64,000 nt of DNA from Octopus vulgaris. Lineage: Eukaryota. The position numbers and the translations under genes were made by a program. The notes below the pieces were generated by a model. That model saw only the letters and a list, made by a program, of their open reading frames with translations, ran no database searches and was not told where the DNA came from. The stretch covers positions 98,332,001 to 98,396,000 of the forward strand of contig OX597820.1 of assembly GCA_951406725.2 (NCBI GenBank), in the 5' to 3' direction. Of the stretch, positions 26,481 through 39,780 are shown piece after piece. How positions within the stretch are numbered: position 1 is the first letter of the stretch; every line of letters starts with the position of its first letter.

Positions 26481-27156
26481 TAAGACACTCTACTATTTTT
26501 TTTAAAAGGGGACATATTTGAGAATGTATTCTTAGATGCGCAATACCAGATACGGAGGGGATGGCTAATATACTTTTAATCATGCCTGGTAAGTTAGGGT
26601 GACCTGGGACTAAACAACTTGTTCTTATGATTATGTTGCAGTAACCACAGAGACCGTTAATACCATATTAAGGGGTTTCAGTGGGGGAAATTATCAGCTC
26701 CACTTTCTTTCTGGGTAACTACAATATATTTCAACATTATATTGACTGTATCTACGGAAACGAACGCCATCTCTTCAAAAATGCATTTGTAATGAGGAGA
26801 AAATCCTCGATCACGTGAGAATGTCATCCGGTCAATGTGAAGTAGTATGTCTACAGCCAGCTGGAAAACGGCATGCTGAGGTCTTCATCCAAAATGGTTG
26901 AAAGAAGGGCGACATTCATACCCATATCTGATGTCCCTGAATGTTTTATTACATATATCATTGAGAACTATAAAACTGTTTCCTTATACGGTGTTGTTCC
27001 TTATGTTAATGGATACGAATCTTGTTTGAATTTAGTTGTTATTTTAGACACGGGGAAATTCCCCAGGTTGCCATTTGCATAAATAACATAGTGATATCTG
27101 ACATACTTCAAGGAGTAAATCAATAAATGTTATTAATTAGCGATAGAGAAGAAGAA

Positions 27157-27477
27157 GGAGCACTCCGTCGGTTACGACGACGAGGGTCCCAGCTGATACG
27201 ATCAACGGAACAGCTTGCTCGTGGAATTAACGTGCAAGTGACTGAGCAATCCACAGACACGAGTACCCTTAACGTAGTTCTCAGGAGATTCAGCGTGACA
27301 CAGAGTGTGACAAGGCCGGCCCTTTGAAATACAGGTACAACTCATTTTTGCCAGCTGAGTGGACTGGAGCAACGTGAAATAAAGTGTCTTGCTCAAGGAC
27401 ACAACGCATCACCGGGAATCGAACTTACGACCTTACAATCGTCAGCCGAATGCCCTAACCACTAAGCCATGCGCCAT
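27157..27477 (-). mobile_element. SINE family C2 (tRNA head, CORE-like body, tail shared with C1)
   Basis: Minus head ggcgcatggcttagtggttagg...gttcgattccc, body gtgtccttgagcaagacact...ccactcagctg, tail matching 44603-44790. Confidence 0.85.
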
Positions 27478-28446
27478 TAATAAAGAAGTGGGGGAAAATT
27501 CACAAGGGTTATTGAAATCTTTTTCAAGAATAGGGGAGTTAACTCCGAAAATATCCTCTTAGTCAGGAGAGTCGTATGTCAAATGGTCTCCGTTCATACT
27601 AAAAATATGATTCACACCCCATTGCATGCCCAGGCTTGAAATTTTTTTTCCCGTTTTTGAAATTTCTTTCTTTATCCTTCCTATTCATTTGAATCTATCG
27701 AAACGTTTGAGTTGATGTTGCGCGTAGATATATCTTGTTATTTATGACCAGTCAGTTGCCAATACTCTGAACCCAGTTTCTACCTTAAGACTTTTCTACC
27801 TTGAAGAATACTAAAAATAAATTGATGAGTATTAAAAAATTACGATATACAAATAGTAAGAACTTGATACACCAATACCGAATAACTCTACGTTCACATT
27901 AACTCGAGAAATTAGCACCAAAATAGCTTGATTCATAAATAACGAATAACGTGAAACATCCGGTATTATATTGACAAGTATCAAATGGCTTCAAACATGT
28001 CCTTTAATTCTCTTTCTTGTTTAAGTCACAGGATTGCGACCATGTTAAACATCAAACCGAATTACGTGCAAGATTGAAAATCAACGGAATTGACCCAGTA
28101 CGTACTTTAAGTCTCCTACATATTCTAGGAAACGTAAACACAAAAATGTCCGTTGTCAATTGACCAGGGACAAATATGACGATGTTCAAACATGACCTGA
28201 CACATTAGTTGTATAAATAGCAATGGCTTAATACATTGATTCGAAAAGACCTGATATATCGGTGGTTCGTAACATAGCGGTCAAAAACCATTGGAGGTAC
28301 AGTGAACTTGTGATATTTCTTAGAGACAAAATATCATTCAATGAAACGATCAAATGAAATAGATAAATTAAAAAGATATAAAGAGAGAGTGGGAGAGAGA
28401 GATGACGGTCTTCTGTTTCAATCAAGCAAGTTCATGCACATGGCAT

Positions 28447-28540
28447 TACTCATCTACAAATCTCATACCAACTATACTCATCTATAACACTTGGCCACGG
28501 TACTCATCTACAATCTGATACCAAGTATACTCATCTAGAA
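28447..28540 (+). repeat. 27-bp repeat block 6 (two pieces with ~13-bp spacer)
   Basis: tactcatctacaaatctc ataccaactatactcatctataa [cacttggccacgg] tactcatctacaatctg ataccaagtatactcatctagaa. Confidence 0.9.
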
Positions 28541-29545
28541 AACCATGTAATCTTACCTGAACCTATATATGGCTTTCGCACATAAATACCATTTACTCAC
28601 TCCGCATTACAATCTATATTTCATTGATTTTTCATTTATTGAAACTCATGCTAAAACCGAGAAATGGCAGAATTCTTGCGATGTCGGAAAGAAATTACAT
28701 TGCAGCATTTCTTCAGACTTTCTGAATTCTGAATTTAAATCAATTTTGCCATTCGTCAATATTGCCAACTCCTTGCCTTCATTCCTAACAGACCACAAGT
28801 GTCTGACCCGCGGCAGAACCGTCCGAGCACACATCGCCTGTGATGCCCTGGTCATCGTCGACAACGACGGACGAGCATTAATTAGTTATTGTTCATATAT
28901 TTTGTTTTCTATTTCCCTTTAAAGAAATCCCTGGAACAAAATAGTTATCAGCCTGATAATGTTACATCTGACTTTGCTCTTAATTTTTCAGCACTTTTCT
29001 ACCTTCTCCCGACACCACCACCTCAATTATTCACTCCTTAGTTTCATATTTTATTGTCTTCGTTGTGTCTTCTCTCTTACTTTCACTGTCTTTCTCCTCC
29101 CACATTCCATATTTCTCATTTCACTTCGTTAGATTCTTTCGTAAGGAACGTACATGTTACACCAAAACATGAAACCAATTTGTTCTAAAAATACCGTAGA
29201 TTCAAAATAAATTACGAAAATAAAAATAACAAGGATCCCCCACCCATGTCGCTCTGTCTCCCTACCTCTTTTGCCCGCTCACACTGTACAAATATATATA
29301 TATTAGATTTGAGGATGTGCGCGCGCGAGTGTGTGCGTGCGTGCGCGCGTGCATTTGTATGTGCGCGCGCGTCTGTGTCTGTGTATACCTGTATTGCACA
29401 TATAGATTTGAATACATGCAAACATACATACATACACACACATATATATATACATGCCACCATACATACACATACACACACACACGCATATATATATATA
29501 TAAAATATAATATAAAATATAAAATATATAATATAATATAATATA

Positions 29546-29593
<48 letters not shown>

Positions 29594-29729
29594 TACATGT
29601 ATATAAGTATATACATGTAAATATATATGCATGAACATTCACCCAAACACACACGTCACATATATATGTCAATATATATATACAGAATATATACAGATAT
29701 ATACCTCTATATAATTGAATATCTATGTG

Positions 29730-29760
<31 letters not shown>

Positions 29761-29820
29761 GAATGTATATGCGTTTATGTGCATAGGTATATATGTAATA
29801 TGTACGTTATAATATGTACA

Positions 29821-29870
<50 letters not shown>

Positions 29871-30308
29871 GTGTGTATTGTGTGTATGTGTGTGTGTGTG
29901 TTGTATGTATGTATGTATGTATGTATGTATATATACATATACATATTCAATGCAACTGCAGAGACCCGTATAACTACTGGTTCGAAAAGGCAAAAAAAAA
30001 AAAAAAATTGCAAATACGGGCTTGATTGATGCACTCACATATCAGACAAAATTGTGTTGCTTTCCTGCCAGTTAGCTGTCAGTTATATACTAATATGTGA
30101 CTATGGTGAGAAATATGTTTGCCACAAGGGGGCATTCTTACACACATGGTTACTTTTATTTCTTTTAGCTTTATTTCGCGCTGCTCTGACAGAAAAAAGT
30201 TATTTTAAATTTTCTCTTATGAGAACATAGCATATTTTTCCATCTTATATTAGCAACATTGCTTCTTTGCTTCTTCACATGCCTAGAAATGCAATGTAAA
30301 TGACTCAC

Positions 30309-30368
<60 letters not shown>

Positions 30369-30393
30369 GTGTGTGTGTGTGTGTGTAGATATA

Positions 30394-30428
<35 letters not shown>

Positions 30429-31052
30429 TAAATAGATAGATACATACATACATAAATATAAAATATACACTAAATATACACATATACTTTTATATATATA
30501 TATATATATATATATAAGTGTGTGTGTGTATGTATGTATGTATGTATATCTATATGTGTGTGCATGTTTGTGTGTGTGTGTAATATAAGCTTTATATTTC
30601 ATGTATAATATATATTGAAATATATTCACTGATATTCATAGAGAAGAAGCATTGGTGTAAACCTGATGTTTTGATGATCTGATGAGCAAGCTTTCTCATC
30701 TGCATTGGTTTGTAAATATAGAACTGTATTGTATAATCCCTAGCATATATGTTATCGAAGACATGTAAAATGATTTATTGCAGACTGAAATCACTATTGC
30801 GCGATGAAGGCTATGAAACAACTGTAGTCCTAATAACGACAAGAGTTTAAATATATTCATACCTCACACTTGCAGACGTTTTATCGTTTACATATTTCTT
30901 ATAAAATAATTTCATTGATTAGATCTCTTGGATTTCAGCCGCATAGGACTTTGCATTGAGTTTCTCCGCCCTATATTACTATGCGGACTGCTTACCGGGG
31001 CCGCCAGAGAAGCTATGAATCCAAATATTACTGTGAAAAATCACAGATATAG

Positions 31053-31086
<34 letters not shown>

Positions 31087-31485
31087 AAGTTAGAGGTGTT
31101 TAAAGCCTCTAAGGGATAGATATATCCAAAGGCACTTCTGGTAATTACCTCAATGGATATATTCCTTGTTAAAAGGTATACGGCAGCAGGTAATTTAGCA
31201 GGTAACCGTAGTTTAATTTATGTAGGCGAGAAGAAAATGAAGGACAAACAACAAACAGAAGTGTGTTTTTTGCGCTATAAGCCATTATTTAATTATTAAT
31301 AAAGGTGTAGTAGGGTAACGAAGAATATATGCTAGGTATTTTGTGTATTTGTCTATAATGTAAGTCTGGGTTGGTGTAAGTGGTTAATGAGGGGGGAGTA
31401 ATTCGCTGATGAGTAAATCTACTAGTAGGGGTGAGGCTAGGATAGTGATATGTACAGGATAGAGCGTGTTTTGCGAAATATAGAG

Positions 31486-31517
31486 AATCATCTGCAATCT
31501 GAAACCAAGTATACTCA
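31486..31517 (+). repeat. 27-bp repeat block 7
   Basis: aatcatctgcaatctg aaaccaagtatactca. Confidence 0.8.
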
Positions 31518-31612
31518 ATATGTTTTTTAGTCAGTAGAGGCGGTTTAGCCATTAATATTTTCAGGTGCTCTGTTAAACAGAGATCGCACCGCGGTGGTTG
31601 CTAGGATGAGCT

Positions 31613-32017
31613 CTTTACTCTCTTTACTCTTTTACTTGTTTCAGTCATTTGACTGCGGCCATGCTGAGCACCGCCTTTAATCGAGCAAATCGACCCCGGG
31701 TCTTATTCTTTTTGTAAGCCCAGTACTTTTTCTATCGGTCTCTTTTGCCGAACCGCTAAGTGACGGGGACATAAATACACAGCATCGGTTGTCAAGCAAT
31801 GCTAGGGGGACAAACACAGACACGCAAACACGCACACGCATATATATATATACATATATACGACGGGCTTCTTTCAGTTTCCGTCTACCAAATCCACTCA
31901 CAAGGCTTTGGTTGGCCCGAGGCTATAGTAGAAGAAACTTGCCCAAGGTGCCACGCAGTGGTAATGAACTCGGAACCATGTGGTTGGTAAACAAGCTACT
32001 TACCACACAGCCACTCC
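31613..32017 (-). mobile_element. SINE family A
   Basis: Reverse complement of 24221-24660. Confidence 0.9.
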
Positions 32018-32286
32018 TTAAACTATAATTAATTTTTTAATCCTTTAATTCCCAGATGCAGCTACTAAGCACTGTAGAGTTTGTTTTACTTCTATTTCTA
32101 ATACTAGATTGGTGTGAGTTGTATCTCAGTATTATTTGCTTTTTTGTGGAGCCTATATACGATTTCGTATGGTTATTTGTGAGAACGTCGCATTGGTATA
32201 CTACATTTTCTCTTTTACACCTATTGGAGAATTGGCACTTATTTCTGTCTCTGTATCCACATAAAATATTTTGTCTATCTGTGCTA

Positions 32287-32415
32287 TCATCTACAATCTG
32301 ATACGAAGTATAATCATCTGCAATCTGATATCAAGTATACTCATCTACAATCTCATACCAACTATATTCATCTATAATCTGATACCAAGTATACTCATCT
32401 ACACCTGAAACCAAG
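32287..32415 (+). repeat. 27-bp repeat block 8 (about 4.8 units)
   Basis: Read directly; minus frame gives [23 protein letters not shown] in the ORF track. Confidence 0.95.
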
Positions 32416-32650
32416 GGGTCGTTGTCCCCTGTTACTTGATGGCGCATCTTTAGGGTGGGATTTCTTCTATTCGCAGGCTGGCTGTACTGTTTTATGTTGC
32501 TGATTGTTCTGGTTTCATACGTGTCGAGTTTATTACTATTTATTGAGGCTATGATAGTAGCTAAGTTATTAGTCAGGCTTTGGCCTACTCTGAGTAGATT
32601 GTAGGCTATGGATGATCGTGTGTGAATATAGATATGCGTATACATGCACG

Positions 32651-32739
<89 letters not shown>

Positions 32740-33008
32740 TTTTAATAGAAATATGTTACAAAAAGAAATTAGATACTACACGTGGGAAAGTAAGAAAAAG
32801 GGGAAAGTAAGAAAAATAAACGAAAATGTACATTGTAAATCAAAAAAGTAAAGGTTTTTTTATGAAAAGTAACGAAAGATATATACAATTAGATGAACTG
32901 AGGCAGGAATAAAAGTAATAAAAGTCATTATTATGAATTGTTAAAGAGATTCAAGCATACCGTTTCGTAAGTTGCTAATCATTGCTTTGAATACAACTAT
33001 TCATTGCT

Positions 33009-33082
<74 letters not shown>

Positions 33083-33395
33083 ATGTATAAAACTCCCTTG
33101 ATATTAAGTAAAGTGATATTAAATAAAGCATTAGCATTCTGAAACTTTTGAACATACTCCATGGATCCAGTCTAATTGAACAAAATTCGGGATTTGGAAA
33201 AGCGTCTTGAATGTTCTCTTCTAAACAAAACCCCCCAAAAACATGTTTTATGTAAATGAACAACCCGTTTGTACGTTCACAAAATTTTATCTAGCGTGTT
33301 CGAGAAACGAATGAAAGCGTTAATAATAATGAAGAAATAAAAAGATTTTTTCCTGAATTCTGACGACCTATTGTTTTTTCAATATTCAATTTCTG

Positions 33396-33570
33396 TTATT
33401 TCGTCTGCCGTTACGTTCTGAGTTCAAATTCCGCCGAGGTCGACTTTGCTTTTCATCCCTTCGGGGTCGATTATATAAGTACCAGGTATGCACTGGGGTA
33501 GATGTAGTCAACTTAATCCCTTTGTCTGTCCCCCCTCTATGTTTAGCCCCCTATGGACAATAAAGAAATA
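33396..33570 (+). mobile_element. SINE family B, 5'-truncated
   Basis: Matches 25225-25408. Confidence 0.85.
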
Positions 33571-33857
33571 AATATTCAATTTGTGTACATCACACCTAAC
33601 ACTTTATTCCTATATGTGTGTGTTTGTGTGTGTGTATGTGTGTGTTTACGTGTACACACACACATGCATGCATGTGGGTAATTATGTATATATGGGTATG
33701 CTTCAACAGAAAGTCCCCGTCACCTCCTTTATATAACATATTTGGTTCCACCATCAGTAGCGAAACTTTTCAGCAGTAAATGTTTTCTTGTTATTTATCG
33801 CTTAACAACGCTAATATTTATATAAATAAAGAAGACAGATATAAAAGTAGGGAGTGT

Positions 33858-33896
<39 letters not shown>

Positions 33897-34181
33897 GAAA
33901 ACAAGAGAAGAATTACGTATTATTTCGTCTTTTGCTTTCACGTGATCTACCTTTCTCTTTGATTTACGTTTTAAAGAGTAACTCTGAAGTGTTCTGGACG
34001 GTTGCCATACGTTACGCCCGTTTGTTATATCGCATTTGCGAACAGTTTTTTTCTTCTTGTTTTCTAGTGTTTTCAATTTAAGTCTTTATTAAACGATGTT
34101 TTCATACACACATGTTTTATACATATATACATACATGCATACATTCAAGTATACACACATATACACACACATACACGCACA

Positions 34182-34563
34182 AGAGTGGCTGTATGGTAAG
34201 TAGCTTGCTAACCAACCACATGGTTCCGGGTTCAGTTCCACTGCGTGGCATCTTGGGCAAGTGTCTTCTGCTATGGCCCCGGGCTGACCAATGCCTTGTG
34301 AGTGGATTTGGTAGACGGAAACTGAAAGAAGCCTGTCGTATATATGTATATATATATATGTGTGTGTGTGTTTGTGTCTGTGTTTGTCCCCCTAGCATTG
34401 CTTGACAAACGCCGATGCTGGTATGTTTACGTCCCCGTCACTTAGCGGTTCGGCAAAGAGATCGATAGAATAAGTACTGGGCTTACAAAGAATAAGTCCC
34501 GGGGTCGATTTGCTCGACTAAAGGCGGTGCTCCAGCATGGCCGCAGTCTGAAACAAGTAAAAA
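34182..34563 (+). mobile_element. SINE family A
   Basis: Co-linear with 24221-24660. Confidence 0.9.
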
Positions 34564-34597
<34 letters not shown>

Positions 34598-34666
34598 GTG
34601 TGTGCATATGTATATATGTGTTTACATATGTATATATGTGTTTACATATGTATATATGTGTTTACA

Positions 34667-34721
<55 letters not shown>

Positions 34722-34864
34722 TCAATAATTTGATACCACGTATACTCATCTACATTCTAATACCAAGTATACTCATCTATAATCTCATACCAACTACACT
34801 CATCTATAATCTGATACCAAGTATACTCATCTAAAACATGATACCAATTATACTCATCTAGAAT
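34722..34864 (+). repeat. 27-bp repeat block 9 (about 5.3 units)
   Basis: tcaataatttg ataccacg...ctacattcta ataccaag...ataatctc ataccaact...ataatctg ataccaag...aaacatg ataccaat...ctagaat. Confidence 0.95.
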
Positions 34865-34950
34865 ATGTATGTATGTGTGTGTGTGTGCAAATGTTGAGCG
34901 ATGAAAATGAGTGCTCAACATTGGTGGATAGAATTTCTTTAGTTGTGTAT

Positions 34951-35162
34951 TAAGGCTACCATTGGTCTCATGTTAAGAAAGATATCTTAATATCCTAACA
35001 ATTGTTCCAACCGATTACATGGATATATGGTGTTTGTCTCCATTTTTTTTTGTTTTTGTTTTTTATCCACAATGGAGACTATCAACATTTCTACATGTGA
35101 TCGGCTTGAAAAATTGTTAGGATAATAAGATATTTTCTCATCATTAAACCAATGGTAGCCTT
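34951..35162. mobile_element. Palindromic MITE-like element
   Basis: aaggctaccattggt...accaatggtagcctt ends with internal pairing (atcctaacaatt/aattgttaggat, gtctccatt/aatggagac); partial relative at ~54435-54545. Confidence 0.7.
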
Positions 35163-35368
35163 TAAACATGAATATATATATATATAAATCCTTTAAAATA
35201 TTTTAGCCCGAAGGCCGCGGCCATGCTGGGGCACCATATATACACATATATATATATATATATACAAAAATACATACAAAGAGAGAGACAGACAAACAGA
35301 TAATTAGATATATAAATATATATGTGCATATGTATATAGAATATGTGTATATATATATATATATATAT

Positions 35369-35410
<42 letters not shown>

Positions 35411-35455
35411 GCATACATATATATATATATATATACATGTGTGTATGTAGTCGTT

Positions 35456-35503
<48 letters not shown>

Positions 35504-36090
35504 GTAGTAGTAGTAGTAGTAGTAGAAATGAATGTTACAGGATCAATAAATGATCGGTTAAACTTGTGATATACGCTGGTATTCTGCCGGGACAGCGATA
35601 AGTCAGGTCCGTATGGTTGACATTAGATAGTAGGTTAAGGCATTTCATCATAGGTACAGTCCAATGCTAGATGAGAATGAAGAAGGCACGTCCTTACAGC
35701 TGTTTCGAGAACAGATGTGCAGCTTGTATAATTCCCTGCAAGCAGTCCGCAGCCAGCATTTTAGTTGCAGTCTATTTCATCTTCGGTGGGAAAGACAATT
35801 TTAAAAAAGTTTTTCTTTTCATTCCTTTGGTTTTCATTTAACATTCATTTCTACTTTCGTGTTCTAAGAATGTATAAATATAAAAATGCCATAATCTAAC
35901 CTGATAGCTCCTGTTTACTTGTTTGTACCTTTATTCTATTGTACAACTACGAACTCGAGTGAAACATTGCCTAGAGCCTGTCTTCATTAGGTACATATAT
36001 CATCTCTGCATTTTTAGTTGCAGTTCAACTTGAAGTTTATGTAGGAAATCAACTAGTTTATTAATTCTATGTACCTCTTATCAGACGTTA

Positions 36091-36177
<87 letters not shown>

Positions 36178-36410
36178 GTTTTGCAGTGAAAATTTTCACA
36201 GTAACTTTGAAGATTTGGCTCAGTTGTCTTCACAGTTTTTTTTCTGTTTTTGGTTTTGGTTTTTTTCTTTGTATTTCAAAATGTTTCATATAGTTTTGTT
36301 TCATCTCTTAAGAAGAGTTTCATCAGAAAGACAAGTTCAATTATGTGAGCAGAAATAAGGAGATGAGGGAAGAAGGAAGAGCTAATAGAATAAGGAGTGG
36401 GACATAAAGG

Positions 36411-36578
36411 GAAGAAGAAGAAGAAGAAGAAGAAGAAGAAGAAGAAAGAGAAGAAGAAGAAGAAGAAGAAGAAGAAGAAGAAAAAGAAAAAAGAAGAAGA
36501 AGAAGAAGAAAAAGAAGAAGAAGAAGAAGAAGAAGAAGAAGAAGAAGAAGAAGAAGAAGAAGAAGAAGAAGAAGAAAA
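36411..36578 (+). repeat. (AAG)n microsatellite
   Basis: Directly visible; another at 48303-48471. Confidence 0.95.
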
Positions 36579-37524
36579 GGCGTTATAGTGGAGAAGTAGG
36601 GAAGTAGGTGAGGCTTTGATGTCCTTACTTTCATTAAAATTAGGTATATGAACCGCAGGAAATTAAAGATTGGCTTCATAGGCTTGTATTGGTCCACTGA
36701 AGTGCCGAGGAGATGAGACTTGTATAGGACTACGGGTAAAAATTAGGTCAACATCTGTGGTTTGTGTTGAAATGCCGCGTCCAAGCTATTTTCAATGGTT
36801 TACCCAGTCACTTCAAATCTAACCGTAAGTATCACAAGATGATAAACAAGCACAGTTTTAAAACATATTCCACAACAAGCAACTTCGAAAAGTCAATAGA
36901 TAATGACTATCATTTAACATATATGAAATATGAACGCCACAACAATACATCTAGCCCCCAAAACTGCAAGTGTAACTCCTATTCGCTGGCTCTCCAAATA
37001 CAAACTGCTTCACAAGTAACATTAGTAGCATTCTCTATAATGCAATGGTAAGCATCGATATTACAATCCTTCTTTTTCATATATAACTATAGTTACCAAC
37101 TAATTCATAATAGGATATTATAAACATGTGCATATATTCTGTAACTCTGCATTGCCGTACACAGCCAAAAATATGTACTGCCAGTATTGTACCATTGAAG
37201 CATTTCAAATTCTCATCTCAAAAACAAAACGCATGAACCGAAACACGGCATAAGAATTGTCCATTTAGATATGCGTGTATAGATAAAAATATAGGAGTAC
37301 ATCGGTTCAAGCGTTACGTCCATATTTTTTTCTTCAAACAGCCGCAACTGTGATGATAGTGTCAATGTTACACTAGGAATCTGTCACCTATTAGCTTTGT
37401 TAGCTCCTCAGTTTCATGGTACGTTTCTCTGCCAACGATACTATCCATGTGGTTGACTGAGAATCGTCTTCAATTAACATGGGGAAGTCTACAAAATACA
37501 ATATAACACATGTAACGTACATAT

Positions 37525-37582
<58 letters not shown>

Positions 37583-37837
37583 ATGAAAAAATATAGCAAT
37601 ACAAATGTATTACTTTTCAGTAAAATAAAGCTCCGTAAGAGTAGAAGTATAAATATAAATACAGATGAGTAGTACAAGATACGAATATTTACTGGAAATA
37701 GTAGTCGATACAAATACGACGCTATTGTAAAGTTTCACTGCGTATACACTGACAAAGACGTGTGAGTGCTACAAACATGACAAATTTGTCTTACCTCTAG
37801 GAAGAACATTCGATAAATGGACGACCCAGAATCGGAT

Positions 37838-37910
37838 AATGCAAGACCGGTTTCGGACTCTTCAAATACGTTTGTCAACGTAAATTTGATCAGTCTTCAT
37901 CAGCTGCATT
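37838..37910 (-). ncRNA. Minimal type I hammerhead ribozyme motif (Penelope-like element type)
   Basis: Minus: aatgcag-CTGATGA-agact...tcaaatttacgtt gaca aacgtatttga...agtcc-GAAAC-cg-GTC-ttgcatt; 7-bp stem I, palindromic stem III accggt. Confidence 0.8.
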
Positions 37911-38116
37911 TACCTAGATAATATTTCATATGTTGCTACATCAATGCCAGTACACTCGCCTGAACACTGTTCTCGTTATAGTTAAAGAGGACAACAAATA
38001 TATATATATATATGTATATATATAATTTAGTGCATATGTATATATTTGTGTGTGCGTGCGTATATGCGCGCGCGCATGTGTGTGTATGTATGCACTTCTG
38101 CTCAAGAAATAGTATT

Positions 38117-38216
38117 NNNNNNNNNNNNNNNNNNNNNNNNNNNNNNNNNNNNNNNNNNNNNNNNNNNNNNNNNNNNNNNNNNNNNNNNNNNNNNNNNNNN
38201 NNNNNNNNNNNNNNNN
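38117..38216. other. Assembly gap (100 N)
   Basis: Run of exactly 100 N, a conventional unknown-size scaffold gap. Confidence 0.99.
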
Positions 38217-38419
38217 ATAATGGACACATCTTTCTGCGCCTAGAGTCGTCATCATCAGCACAATTTGCATAATTACACAGTTATGGTTTATTTTCCTTGG
38301 CTCAATTCAACTCAGTCTTATTTGCCATTTAGTAATTGCGACACATCAAGGAGCTAAGATAATTGTAATAAATCAAGAATTCATACTGTATAGTATTTGA
38401 TATACCTGTCTTTATGAAT

Positions 38420-38497
<78 letters not shown>

Positions 38498-39270
38498 CTA
38501 AATCTCCCAAAGCATAAGCATCTCATGATATATGAAATATCCTGATTTTTGCGACCTACCAGATTCCGATGCATATATATATATATATATAGCAGTGGTT
38601 GACGAAAAATTCGTAAAATATTTCCGAATTCTACTTTTGAGGTTCCCAGTGAACATATCCCCAAAATCATATATGGAATACATATGCACGCTAAGAGTAA
38701 CGAATCATGCAATTGAAATCTTTGGAAACACGCATACTCACGTGTGCGGTTTTATCCACACGCGCACACATATTTACATACACTTCGAACGAACACAACT
38801 ACACGAAGAGCTATTTTCATTTAGATACGAGAGCCTTGACCAGCTTGAATGCTCAAAGGAAAAACTTAAGGTAAATTCGAAAGAAGCACGCATACAAACA
38901 CATACATAACTATACATGCATACATACATACATACATACATACATACATACATACATACATACATACATACATACATACATACATACATGCGTACGTACA
39001 TACAGGTGTGTGTGTGTACATGCAAATATGTTTGTATATGTATATATTAATTTTTACAAAGAAACGATTGACAGTATCTTCGAACAACCCGTTGAATCTT
39101 TCATGATACTGTGAATCTTTTTCTTATAAAATTTAATGATTGTGTACTTTACAAAATGTATTCAGCAATCCTTCAGTTTAATGGTAAATTGTTTGTATAT
39201 ACAGAATTAAAAATTAGCACACACACATACACACACACACACACACACAAACACCATGTGAATGTGTACG

Positions 39271-39344
<74 letters not shown>

Positions 39345-39346
<2 letters not shown>

Positions 39347-39670
39347 CGAGCAAAACGCCCCGCCGTCCAATGGACGGTGCTGAGTTGTTAAACATTTAAA
39401 CCAAATTTTCTCAAAACAACTTGTCCGACCGTCCCCATAGGCCTCTCATTTGAGAAACACTGATTTAACCTAAATTTGAGACACCAGCAAAAGACGGATT
39501 TCGACTGATATACTTGCGCGTACAAATGCATGTTCCCACGGCTTTATCGATCGCATTCTCACCTGGAATCGATTTTTGTAATTTTTTCAAAACTTGTACA
39601 CGCCCTGATTCGGTCGGTCTTTACATATCAAATTTGAGCGCAATCGGATGGAGGATGCCCGAGATCCTAG

Positions 39671-39722
<52 letters not shown>

Positions 39723-39745
39723 TAGAACGGATTTTATATAATATG
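39345..39745 (+). mobile_element. Possible non-autonomous Helitron/Helentron-like repeat
   Basis: Ends caaatttgagcgcaatcggatg...(ca)n gatagaacggattttatataata; classification is recall-based. Confidence 0.35.
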
Positions 39746-39748
39746 TAC

Positions 39749-39780
<32 letters not shown>

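Noticed and set aside
28781-28880. GC-richer patch after an acceptor-like ttcctaacag
   Set aside because: No convincing donor or recognisable peptide.
32416-32615. Minus ORF 32331-32645 running into the repeat frame
   Set aside because: Starts in a microsatellite and the unique part has no motif I can name; in-frame fusion may be chance.
21182-34864. True CRISPR array interpretation of the 27-bp blocks
   Set aside because: Eukaryotic context, no cas genes, blocks contain variable numbers of tandem units, and intervening segments are kilobases and unequal. The resemblance is architectural only.
21182-34864. 27-bp blocks as mini-exons of a minus-strand gene
   Set aside because: GT/AG-like dinucleotides at block edges mostly come from the repeat itself; joining blocks 6 and 5 at those sites breaks the frame; blocks contain indels and stops. 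Not fully excluded without RNA-seq.
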